A stretch of DNA of 64,000 bases from Oopsacas minuta (lineage: Eukaryota; Animalia; Porifera), in contig JAKMXF010000110.1 in the NCBI GenBank assembly GCA_024704765.1, positions 1-64,000 of the forward strand. The letters are read 5' to 3'. Shown here one piece after another: positions 48,206-59,850 of the stretch. A model generated the notes under the pieces. That model was not told the DNA's origin. It worked only from the letters and a program-made list of their open reading frames with translations, and made no database searches. Numbering within the stretch: the first letter of the stretch is position 1; each line of letters opens with the position of its first letter. The translations under genes were made by a program, and so were the position numbers.

Positions 48206-51181
48206 TATAGTGATTCTTATATTATAATTTCTTTATATATAAAATATCTCCACAAAAAGTGCAGCTTCAGGCAATCGCATAGTTCGCTTTGCCTGTATAC
48301 GACAAATGCTAAACTACTGCAAATGTCCGATTTGCAATTATACGTATATTTCCTGTCATAATGTATTGATTATATCCTACGTGGTTACGTTATGTTGTAA
48401 CTTAAAGGAATTTTATTCATATATGTTGAATAATTAATTTTATAGTTGGAAAAGCAGCAGAGATTCAGGGGCATGTAAATCATGTTATTCTTATGTAAGA
48501 GGAATAAAACAAAAATCAAAAATACACAAATATGCTCACACAACATTGGTTGTTTCAACATATATAATTCTTCTTTGAATTCAATTAGAAAATGAAAGGT
48601 AAGTTGAAAATAACAATTCAGCATTTTAAAATTACGTTAGAATATATTAAAAATTGGAACTGAAAATAATAAATTTTGTAAACTTATCAGATTAATTGTA
48701 ATAAAAGAATTAAATTATCACAAACATATTATCTGCATGTGTAGTATATATATAGCATGTGTAGTATATATATAGTATATATGTAGCATGTATAGTCGTG
48801 AACACAAATTGACAGCTAAGTAAAATGTTAAGGACTGAAATATGGCACGAATATTGATCAGAATCACTGTGATAATCAGCTAATGATTAGTGGACTGTTG
48901 TATCCAAAAAGGAATAACAATTCTTTTTGTGTGGACATATATTAAAGATAATTCAACCTACTAATTGCTATTAGCGTAGGAAATGTGATCATTAAGTATA
49001 ATAGCATCGTTATCAAATATTTACGAAACAAAGTAAGTCATCCCTTGAACTAAGATAAACCAAATATATTATTCCTATAGTGACTACAGAATTTAAATAT
49101 TGTTAGCAAAATATTGGGATCTAATTATCTGATAGTGATATAAGGGCTATGTAAACATTATCCAATTACACATCATATAGAAGTAGCTTCTTTACCAGAA
49201 AAGTATCCAAAAATAAACTAAACCAATTAATGTAATCATATATATCAACAGTAAGTGGAATAAACAAACTCTGCTGCTATATTGGTAAAAGTGTATATTA
49301 AGAGTTTCACTTTCAACGAACTTAACCTCGATTAAAATAGAGGTAGTAATATGTTACATCGTGATTAGTTTGAAACGTTGCGATTATTCAGCTAGTTTTG
49401 CATTCTAAAAATATCTTAAACTGGATGTTATACTTTGGAAGCTTATATGAAGGGACTCGAATTGGTAGTCGAATTATGGTTATGAATTTTATTAAACTAC
49501 AAAAGGCCAAATCACAGGTAGAGTTTGTGATTCTATAATCCAAAATACAGTTTACATTCAGTTATCATTTTAGAATATGAGTATGATCAAAGATTTCGCT
49601 CCTTTTCTGCATGTATCAACAACTTATTTCCAGAATATATCTTATTTGCATGGATAAATATTTAAATCAGGATATTTAAGCCATAGATATATTATTTTTA
49701 CTCTTGATTATGGACTAAAAAAATTTCCAGAATAAAAAAATGAAAAGAGAAGAAAAGAATTGCGTAAATGATCAAAAGTGGTTGGTCTTACCCAAGGATC
49801 AACTATAGGAACACTGTTGTAAGATATGGTAATAAAGTATTGTGAGACACAATAGTGCTGACCTGCTATGTGAAAAGAATCTTAAAATAGAATGAGCCAC
49901 ATTAAAGAGATAGGAAGTATACATGCAAGCTATAATTACAATTAATAGATTTGAATTTCCATGTGGACAAATATGCCATTCCAGATTTAGAATTTGAGAC
50001 GAATTAATTGCAGTTACGTAGATTATAGTAATTGCATCAGAGATCTACTCAGAAATATGTCAGAGAGATGTTGAGGTCAGACAACTAATATCTACGTATA
50101 TAACAAGTAGGAAATGAGAACAATCAATTTGCATGAAATACTAACTTAATTAACGAAATGATATATTCAAATTATGACAATTTTTGTGATTATTTCATGA
50201 TTTCTCATAAACAACTAAGAATCAACGCAAATGACTGAAATTAGCTGAGAAAACCTGAGATAATGGGTAATTTGGAACATACACTTTCCGAGGTAGATTT
50301 TGTCGAAAAGTGAAGAATTAATAGTCGAAGAAATCAATTTTATTCCATTTTTCAATGAATTCGCTATCCTAGATTAGTTAACCGAATACTGCCTGGAATT
50401 ATTATCATATTTTATGAATTCAAAAGCTACTAAAATCTCGTTTTTGGTTCGGGAATTGTTAAAACGAAGTGAAATTTAGTGTTCCTTTTCATTACGAACG
50501 TAACACTTCGGCCGTAAACGGTTAATTACAATTTTAACAAACTAGAAAACGTGTGTGCGAGCATACAATTAAACTTTTAAGTAAACATAAATAAGCTTCA
50601 ACAAATGTTACGAAATTGCAATCATAAATGATAACAAATAGAACTAACACAATTAATTGAAAAATCAGATTTGTTCAAGTGATATATTGTCAGCAAATAA
50701 AGGAAAATTTCTCATAAGTACTAGATGCTAGGTAAGTTAACAAATCTAATTGGCCGCAAAAATGTAACAAACACGGATTAGACACTATTGCAGATGTCTA
50801 TTGATGATATGGTATTTCATAGAAAATCTAGAGAGTGATTAATGACCTAAGTTAGCAGTTTATAAAAGATAACAACACAAGGAATAATATGCTAGAAAAT
50901 CAATTTCATTTCACACAACCTCCAAATTAGTTTGAACAAAAGAATGATTAGAATTAAATTAAGAATTAATTAATAAGATTTCGTTAATAAATTTGAAAGA
51001 TGAAAATTAATAAAACAAATTTTTTTGAATTTAATAAGACATGACGTCATGTATACTATATCCTACAAATGTCAACAAATAAATGAAATTAAAATAATTA
51101 GTTGGAAAACATTTTTACATATGGATAAGCAAGAAATATACTAGAATCTATGAAATAGCATGCTAAACACTAATAAATTAG

Positions 51182-52198
51182 CTAACTGCTATTAAGCCAG
51201 GGGTGTTCTAAGACTTGTTGTAGAGATAGTCTCTTGTCAGGATCTGCCTGTAGCAGGCCAGTTATAAGATCTTTGGCTTCTAGAGACACTTCTTCCCAGC
51301 ACTCATGGTAGAAAGAGAACTTTCCATTCTCGATACACTCATACATACTGGGAGTTATACCAGAGCGAGTGTGACTCTCTGGGGTGAAAGGGGCAGTGCT
51401 GGAGAGTAGTATGTAGAGAGTGACACCAAGAGACCACAGATCGATACGAGAGTCATAACTGGCCAGTGTTGTTGTTGTTGTTGTTGTTGTAGAAACAGTG
51501 TCTGAGTGATGTTGTAAGTGGTGAACATTTAGATGAGGATCATTGAGTAGCACTTCTGGAGCTGCATAGTAGGGTGTGTACATAGCTTTGGTGGGTCTGT
51601 CAGCTTCTTCGACTGCAAAGCCAAAGTCTGCTAACTGCAGTTGGAAGTCTGCACAGACTTCTTCATCTTCCAGATCGTAGATAGAGTAGTCGTGTGTGAG
51701 GAGGATGTTGTCTGGTTTGAGGTCTCTATGAATGATTCCTTGTTGGTGGAGAGTGGAGAGAGCGAGTAGAATCTGTCTGAAGTAGCCAGCTGTAAGAACT
51801 TCCGACAAACCACTCTCTCCTGTGATGATGTTAAACTTCTCGAGGAGACTCAAGAGAGTGCCTCCTTCCATCACTTCTAACACGATGTACAGATACTGCT
51901 CCTCTCTGCTTTGGGAAGAGATGCGACTAGCTGCATTGCTGTACACGTCTACAATGGAGAGGACATGTGGGGAGTGTTGACACCTCCTCTGTAGACTGAT
52001 CTCTCTTCTGGCTTGTGTACTGTCTAGTACCATCTTAACTGCAAACCTCTTCCTTGTTTTGATGTGTGTAGCTAGGTAGATGGGATCTTGTGTTGCTCCC
52101 TTGCCCAAACGTTTGTGCCATAATATTCTGTAATCTTGATGGATGTCACGTAAATTTATTCTGAATTCCCGTAGGAAATAAGTATGGAGAACTGACAT
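51182..52198 (-). CDS. MAPKAPK5: MAPKAPK5-like kinase, copy B (core protein identical to copy A; N-terminus may instead be spliced)
   Basis: ORF is identical to copy A from DIHQDY to HPWLN. Termini are unique (MSVLHTYFLREFRINLR and SS*). Confidence 0.85.
   Translation of the reverse strand: MSVLHTYFLREFRINLRDIHQDYRILWHKRLGKGATQDPIYLATHIKTRKRFAVKMVLDSTQARREISLQRRCQHSPHVLSIVDVYSNAASRISSQSREEQYLYIVLEVMEGGTLLSLLEKFNIITGESGLSEVLTAGYFRQILLALSTLHQQGIIHRDLKPDNILLTHDYSIYDLEDEEVCADFQLQLADFGFAVEEADRPTKAMYTPYYAAPEVLLNDPHLNVHHLQHHSDTVSTTTTTTTTLASYDSRIDLWSLGVTLYILLSSTAPFTPESHTRSGITPSMYECIENGKFSFYHECWEEVSLEAKDLITGLLQADPDKRLSLQQVLEHPWLNSS
51190..52148. repeat. Right arm of the 959-bp inverted repeat
   Basis: Reverse complement of 44474-45432 with 3 substitutions. 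Confidence 0.95.
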
Positions 52199-54050
52199 AT
52201 TTTGAGTTATTTGAAATGTTATTTAGGTATTTTTAAGATTTATCTATAATTATAAGCGCTGGTATATATAGATGGCGAAAATTCGTACACGATATAGTCT
52301 ATGCGTATACAAATTGAAATTTGGCTAAAAATAGAACTTAGTGAGTTTATCATTGAGTTTCGCCTAATTCTAAATATACTTCTAGATTCAACTGAGAAAA
52401 GTATTACGTGTAAGTAGATAATTTGACTTAGTTCGAATAATTATACTATTTATAATGACATGAATAATGTGAATAATAGCATTGAGGAAACAACAACACA
52501 ACAACAACAAAAATAATGTTTAGATATTTGATCTAGTATTACATAGGATTAATGAACCTGTAAAACAGATGCGAAATAAAATTTAGGAGCTAAAATCACG
52601 TAATTTAGTGATAGACTATTTTTACACAGTTCAAACCTGTGCAAGCTGACGGTATCAGAGTATAAAACAGGTTGAGATGTACGTTGTAACTAATTTTACA
52701 GGCAAAAAAATATAATATATATGTTCTATATTTATATATCCGATAGGCATAAATAAGCAAAGTAAACAAAGTAAGTACGTAAACAGATGTAAATTTATAA
52801 CACCTCCATATTTGATAAATTAAGAAACAGCTGGGACTGGAATCAGCAGTGTTTTATGAAACAATGTTGCAACATCTACATTGAACTTTTGCGAATCAAA
52901 TAATAGCTGATAAACATGTCAATTATTGCCAGAGCAATTAATGACACGCAAAATCTGATTTAAAATATCTTGAGGATAATGTGTAAAATTATTTCTAAAA
53001 TTGGAGATTTAGAATTTCTTAACATTCGAGGGATGTGGTGTAGAATTATATAAAATTTCCTAGTTTTACATAAATTAATATTCTTATATTTCTTCATGAC
53101 AAAGTATTTTAGGTATAAATTGGTATTGTGTATGCTCCCAAAAATGGGGTTGAATTGAATCGAAGATTAATGGAATTAGAATACTACTACTCGATGTAAT
53201 TACGTTACGTACACTTTTAAGAGATTCAGGTTGCAAACTAACCGAAATACGCAGATAATATGTAAATGATTTCAGAATCAGGAAACCAGGGATAATAAAT
53301 TAAACGAATACATAATCCGTTAAATTATGAAATTCTCTAGTATCCTTAGTTTTTGTTGTTTTGATCAAAAATGATACACAAAATGTATAAATGTAATAGA
53401 AAGCAACATGAATAGGTATTTATGTTGATCTGAGGTAAGTGGATGAAGAACATAATCAGTGATACCTAGTAGGCAATGGGTAGGTTCATCTATGACCTAT
53501 GCTACTGCCTACCCTTTGATCTCCAGTTCCCATTTAAATCCCTTGTGTGAATTAATTAAAATATAAATAATAAATAGAAAATATTAGCATGCATGTACAG
53601 ATTATTAAATAATCTAGGCATATATATATCGCATATGAAAAAGTTGACAGCAGTTCACAGTGAAAGAAGTTCTACTTATGTTTATACAACTGGGGATCTA
53701 CTGGATCAGGCTAAGTTTGAGTCTAGCTCAAACATCACCAAAGGTAATATTGTAATAGGTATGGTATGTAAAACTACAGCTATACAGCAATAGTCGTAAA
53801 TTTGGCTCATTGTTAACCGCTAAGTATCAACACAGATTCATAAGTTCATACTCATTCAATACTTATCCTTGGTTGTGATTGTGGAACTTCTTTACGTGAC
53901 TGTAGCTTGGGTGATATTTGAGAGAATGTAGCTTAGGTGATCAGAAGCAGGCCCAAACACCTCTGTATGGAAAACCAGGTGTTAAGTTCCTCTATCTCAA
54001 TCAATTTATGAAAATAATGTATGCAAATATGAATACACACAAAAAATTTA

Positions 54051-54333
54051 CAGTAGAACTCGGATAAGACCTACCCCTTAGGGAAACAAAATTAGTATGT
54101 ATTATCTGAGTGTACATCTTATCCGAAATGGATTGTATTATAATGATGGGAACTAAATTTGGTTTGAAAGAAATCAGTATAACTCAGTTATTACGTACTA
54201 GGCTATAAAACGGATTTCTATTCTTGTATTAATTGCACAGAAAAATTAACGATAAGACGCAGTACTTCGGTTAGTAGCTTAGTACGTACTAATTTGTATT
54301 CTCCAAGGGCTACGTCTTATCAGAATTCTAGTG
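54051..54333. mobile_element. Tc1/mariner-like MITE, CAGTAGAACTCGGATAAGAC family
   Basis: ta|cagtagaactcggataagac ... gtcttatcagaattctagtg|ta. The internal ttagtacgtactaatt motif is also at about 10037 and 13115. Confidence 0.75.
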
Positions 54334-54759
54334 TATAATAAGTTTCTAATAAAATAGACTAAAGATTGCATAATTCAATATACAGGTAAGGAAATATTTT
54401 AAATTTTTTCTCGGACTAATTAACTCAATCTAAGGAATTGGATGATTAACAACCATAATTTTACACACATAATTAACTTTTTGAATATTTACTATCTAAA
54501 ACAAACTCAAAAGTCACGAGATTAATAAGCAAATATTTCCGATGTAAATTTCGCTTAGTGATCTGCAGTTTGAATGGAATCATAAACAATGAAGGAATGA
54601 AATTATTTGAGACATATTGAAATGTAAGCATTGGTAAGATCGCTGCTTCCATTGTATAATTATGATTAGAGGAATATATAATGTACAGCTAATCACCAGC
54701 TTATTAATTGGAATGAGAAAAAACAAAATACTACTTATTTTAAAGGAAGAATTGAAGTA

Positions 54760-54903
54760 CAGTAGACTCTGCTTAATTGGGTCACATCGGGACCAGCTAA
54801 TTTGCCCCGATTAAGCAGAATAAAGGTATCGGCCCGATTAACTGGAGTAAATTAACACTGGGTTGGCCCAGTCAACTCTGGCTCTATTATAAGGAGTCTA
54901 CAG
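54760..54903. mobile_element. Short TA-flanked MITE (CAGTAGACTC), with a related fragment at about 60328-60385
   Basis: ta|cagtagactctgcttaattgg ... gagtctacag|ta. ctctgcttaattgg...cacatcggga recurs at 60.3 kb. Confidence 0.65.
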
Positions 54904-56067
54904 TATCTAGATAGGTGATACAGGTATACATACCGCCAAGGCTAACCCACCTCCCCCCAACTGTCTGAGCCATTGAATGTAGGCATTATCGTTATCACTT
55001 TTGTAGCGTCGAAAGGTCTCCGTTGGGTAACTAGTAACTACACTTCTAGAGATAAACAATTAGTCTCATAGGTACAGATTGGGGAACATTCAAAACAAAA
55101 TATTCTACGCATAAGGAAAGAAGACAACTTGTATATAATTCATACTCTAAGCATCTTCACGAAATTATTCGATAACTCACGATATTACTAAAAATTAATT
55201 ATATTTCAGCTGGAAGATATGACACGAAATAAATTAGCATAATCATTTATATGTATAGTGGGAACGCCTATTAGCAATTTGTCTAATAGCAAATCCACCA
55301 ATTAGCAACTTTTTTCATAGACAAAGAGTTTAGTTCTGTATGGTACGTAAGTAATGTGCATTATTAATAGCTAAATTCGCGTACTAGCAAGGAAAATTCT
55401 TAAAAAATACTATCTGCTAATAGGCGGTTTCCACAGCAGTCCTTCTGAAAGGAAATTTTAAGAAATTATTTTCAACTGAGTCAGGCACATTAATGACAGT
55501 TAACAAATAATACAAGATTCCACCACTTTAAATAATCTCAAATATATTGACATTATTGCAAAAAATGTATCTAGAAGTACGTATGTGCTGACATCAATAG
55601 AAGGTATCAATTTTAAGTAACATACGTATCCACTTGTAGCAACATTTGAATACTGTACCCAATTAATATTTTATGATTGCTAATTATCCAGGTATTCAAC
55701 TTTTCAATAATCATTACAGATAGCATGTGAAGCTCACATTAGATGGAAGAATTACAAAAAATGGTCACAACTAAATTTAGAAAAATATAATTATATATTT
55801 TGTAATAGTAATCTAATATTGCATTCTGTTTAGTAATACAAATCAATTTTTATAATCTCAGCACAGAAATCAGTAATCAGTCTTGTGATCAAAGGAAGAG
55901 CTTATGTAAAGAGGGGTTATTACTTATTGATAAGGTTGATGTTACATCATTAATATACATTTATCTCTCATTGGTAATAATCATGTTTAGATGCAGAATT
56001 TGGTAGAAAATAAAAGAGGTTTCAGGGTCAGGAATTTCTGAATATGTCATGAGAAGAAAGAAAGAAA

Positions 56068-56153
56068 TGATAACCAATAGTCAATATTTAAACAAACAAA
56101 TTAATCTTGTTGATAACCAATAGTCAATATTTAAACAAACAAATTAATCTTGT
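56068..56153. repeat. Perfect 43-bp tandem duplication
   Basis: tgataaccaatagtcaatatttaaacaaacaaattaatcttgt x2. Confidence 0.9.
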
Positions 56154-58659
56154 TAATAATCAAACAGACCACATTAGAAGATTTATATTGCGCTATATGC
56201 TAAAACATTCAATTACACATGTTTTACCTTACCTTTATGATAACATTTCTCATTATACTTCAATTTCTACCATTTGGTTAAGACTTATATTTCTTCGATT
56301 CGTGAATACTTAATTATTATTTTGCAAGTGGTAGAATGAAGATATGTTTATAGCTAGTTTCATAGCCTGCTTTGGATCCTAGATAGCTTATGGGCAGTTG
56401 CAACTATCAGATTCAAGGATGGGGCTAGACTTTTACACAAATAATATATTGACATAAGATTAATATGCATAATCTAGCTGTACCAGTAAAATTGTAATAT
56501 TGACGAAGCAGTGGGTTGTATTCTTTAAAAAGGTATTTGAAGTAGAAATATCAAAGAGATGAGGAAATCACTGAATATTTATTAAATTTAGACAATTTTA
56601 GGAGAAATTAATAGTTCAGAATCATATTTTGTAATCTGAATATATCTTTGGAATCACTTACATATGATTACAAAAAGAAAAATAATTATGTTCTAATAAC
56701 AGATGATACTAATTACAAATCTAATATTAATTATTCCAAAATAATCACGTTTTATCAAGAATTACAAAACTGATATTTGTTAATGATTCCAAATATTGTG
56801 CGAGATAATATTAATAAAGATTGATAATATAACTCCAATAATATAATATTATGTAATCTATATTATTGTAACATGAGTGTTGTCTGTTTATTTCCGATTG
56901 TAAAATTTGAATTTAGGTGTGGTGAATGCGTATATATTTCAAGTAAAGTAAAGTACTAGCGTATTATAACATCTGTGTATAGATTATTGGTAAAGCACAG
57001 AGGAAATACACTGAAGAATCCTACATGTGAGAATCCCTTAGCATTATTGTGTAAATTCTACGTATATAGAAATCTATTCATTTATTCTTTGATATGTGTC
57101 TATTAAACAGAAGAAGCAGTCAAAATAAGAAATATCGTTTTAGAAAAATTATTTTAATGAACCAGCAAATGAAAGCTCAATTATTTGTTTTCAAAAGTTA
57201 TCAGTCACATTCTGTTAGAACAATTGGACGGTATTGAATACAATTGATCAGGAAAAGTAAAAACTGGTCAGGTCATGACTCAGGCAAGCCTGACCGTTTG
57301 TAATTGCTTGAGAGGCACTTTTGTCACACAGGGCTCTAAAGTCTAAATAAAATGATTTAAATTTTTGGTTATACCAATAATAAAGCCCAAATACATACAA
57401 CAGTCAATTTAAATATGCCTGATAACTGGTAAAGTATTAATCGATATCTCGTTTAGCATTGATAACATTCGATAAGTACTAGTAATAAATTTATGGGATA
57501 AGTGAATAGATTTATTGACTGTAAAGTTAAATACATACGTATGTAGTTATTTCTCATTTGTGAATACAGACATATGCATGCTGAAAATACTTGACTCGAC
57601 ACAAAAGGATGAAACCACCTCCAATATTTCTTACAATACTTCAAATATTATAGATTGTTCAGGTTGCTCTCATGATAATTTACTTACCATTGCCTAATTA
57701 GAATTTTAGATAGTATGTATTCATGTTGCATGTAGTTAAGGGAGAAACATAGGCAGGCCTTCCAGCTTATCTTCTCTAAGGTCAATTCACTAAACAAGCA
57801 TTTATCCCATTGTAATCAATAATAATACAACAATAATTGAGTTGGATAGTTAAGATGACTTGGTAATGCAACTGTTTGATTTAAGTAAGCCAATATTTTT
57901 GAATGTATAGGAATATTTTATAATAAATTTCTCAGTAAAATTTTTCACATATCAGGATTCCAATAAAAATGCTCTGAATCAATTCAATAGTCTCCTAACA
58001 ATTTGAAGGGAGTATGAAGATAATTACTGATATAGCCTTCTTCCTAGATCTGAAAAAAGATAATTCAATTTATAAGTGATTAAGGTATTTACGTCTTTTG
58101 ACTATTTTAGTGATCAAATTATATTTAGAAATTATCAACAATCATTTAAATCTAGTCAGAATAAATAATAAGATTGCCAAATATGAAGACAGGAAAATCA
58201 GTTTACGTTATCATTATGTAATTCATTTTTGTATTTACTAAACTCGTAGGCATCAAATATTTGTTGGTTACACAAAAACCTTCACAATTGAGTAGCTTAC
58301 AAATTTGTGGCGAAATTTAACACTACGTACGTAACTAATGTCATTGAATCAAAAAATTAGTAGAGGAAAATATAAGAAATAATTTGGTGATATTATACAG
58401 TAGAATTGAACTCAAATAACTTATGATGAAGGTTTATAGAGAAGGTATTGTCAATGAATATATTGTGGTGAAAAGTACAAAATATGAGCTAAACTTATAA
58501 AAACGGAGATATCCATACACTATACGAATGTAGCCATAAGATTAAATTACGTGTATATTTAGTTTCAACTTGCATACTCTCGATCATTTACTATAAATAC
58601 AGTAAGGAGTTAATGAACTGATCAATACACTACAACTTGTACTATATAAACTGAATAAG

Positions 58660-59850
58660 ATGGACTCAATCGAAATAAAAACAACAAAACTTGAAGATTA
58701 CTACAGGATATTCTGGAGTGATAAGATTGGCTCTGGGGCTAATGGAAATGTATATTCATGTCTGTGCAAGAAGACATGGAAAAACTATGCAGTAAAAATT
58801 ATACCTGACAGGCCGAGAGCTAGAAGAGAAATAGAAATGCAAATGGCATGCCAAAGCTCCAGATACGTCGTCCCGATTTTCGATGTATACAGTAACTCCT
58901 GTGAGAAACTAAACAAAAATAAACGGAACAAGTACATATTTATTATCATGGAGAATATGCGAGGAGGAGAGCTATTCAGTTTGATAGAAAATCACAGTGA
59001 TGTTTTGAATGAGGCGCATTGGTGTAAGATCATAAAGCAAATAGTGTTGGGGCTAAAAGATATTCATGAACTAGGTATCATACATCGAGATTTAAAACCA
59101 GAAAATATATTTATAAAAGACGACTACAGCATTAATCAATTCTCTTCAGTAGATGAAACTGTCAACGATATGGAGATTATGATCGGGGACTTTGGCTTTG
59201 CTGTAGAGGCACACACCAGACCATGTGAAGCTCTCTTCACTCCATATTATGTAGCACCTGAAATATTAGCAAACGACCTGAGATATCGTGATGAGAGTGA
59301 AGATAAGTTACAGACGCCTTATGACTCAAGATGTGACATGTGGTCCCTGGGTGTAGTAATGTACGCATTAATCTCAAATATACCTCCCTTTTATCCGGAA
59401 ATACATTCCAAAACAATGACAAAACGAATGTACAATAACATACTAACGGGTACATTCCATTTCCAGTACAATATATGGAAGAGCATATCCTATGAAGTTA
59501 AAGAGCTCATTTCAGATTTAGTACAAGTCAATCCTGATGATAGAGTGACAATGGAAGAAGTGATGCAGCACTCTTGGTTCAAAAACATGGGTAATGCATT
59601 CGAATCTGAACAATCAACCTTATCTGAAGTGTCGTTAGGGGGTTTATGTGGAATTCACGACAAAATGCTGAAATCAGGTAGCCATACCGATAGCGAAACA
59701 AAAGAGTACAATTTCAGCTGGATAGCAAGTAGCTCAAATGACTCAGAGAGCAGTGACGTAGAATTCACAGACAATGGCAAATACACTGTTAGACTTATAA
59801 TACAATTAGACAATACATGGGCACAAAGGAGGTTACCTATTATCCATTGA
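58660..59850 (+). CDS. MAPKAPK5: MAPKAPK5-like kinase, divergent copy C, intronless (396 aa)
   Basis: YRIFWSDKIGSGANG, YAVKIIPDRPRARRE, MRGGELF, HRDLKPEN, DFGFA, LFTPYYVAPE, DMWSLGVVMY..PPFY, followed by a Ser/acidic tail. Confidence 0.9.
   Translation: MDSIEIKTTKLEDYYRIFWSDKIGSGANGNVYSCLCKKTWKNYAVKIIPDRPRARREIEMQMACQSSRYVVPIFDVYSNSCEKLNKNKRNKYIFIIMENMRGGELFSLIENHSDVLNEAHWCKIIKQIVLGLKDIHELGIIHRDLKPENIFIKDDYSINQFSSVDETVNDMEIMIGDFGFAVEAHTRPCEALFTPYYVAPEILANDLRYRDESEDKLQTPYDSRCDMWSLGVVMYALISNIPPFYPEIHSKTMTKRMYNNILTGTFHFQYNIWKSISYEVKELISDLVQVNPDDRVTMEEVMQHSWFKNMGNAFESEQSTLSEVSLGGLCGIHDKMLKSGSHTDSETKEYNFSWIASSSNDSESSDVEFTDNGKYTVRLIIQLDNTWAQRRLPIIH

Noticed and set aside
50380-50524. Possible piggyBac-like MITE (ttaa|ccg ... 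cgg|ttaa)
   Set aside because: The TIR match is only about 9/12 and no second copy was seen.
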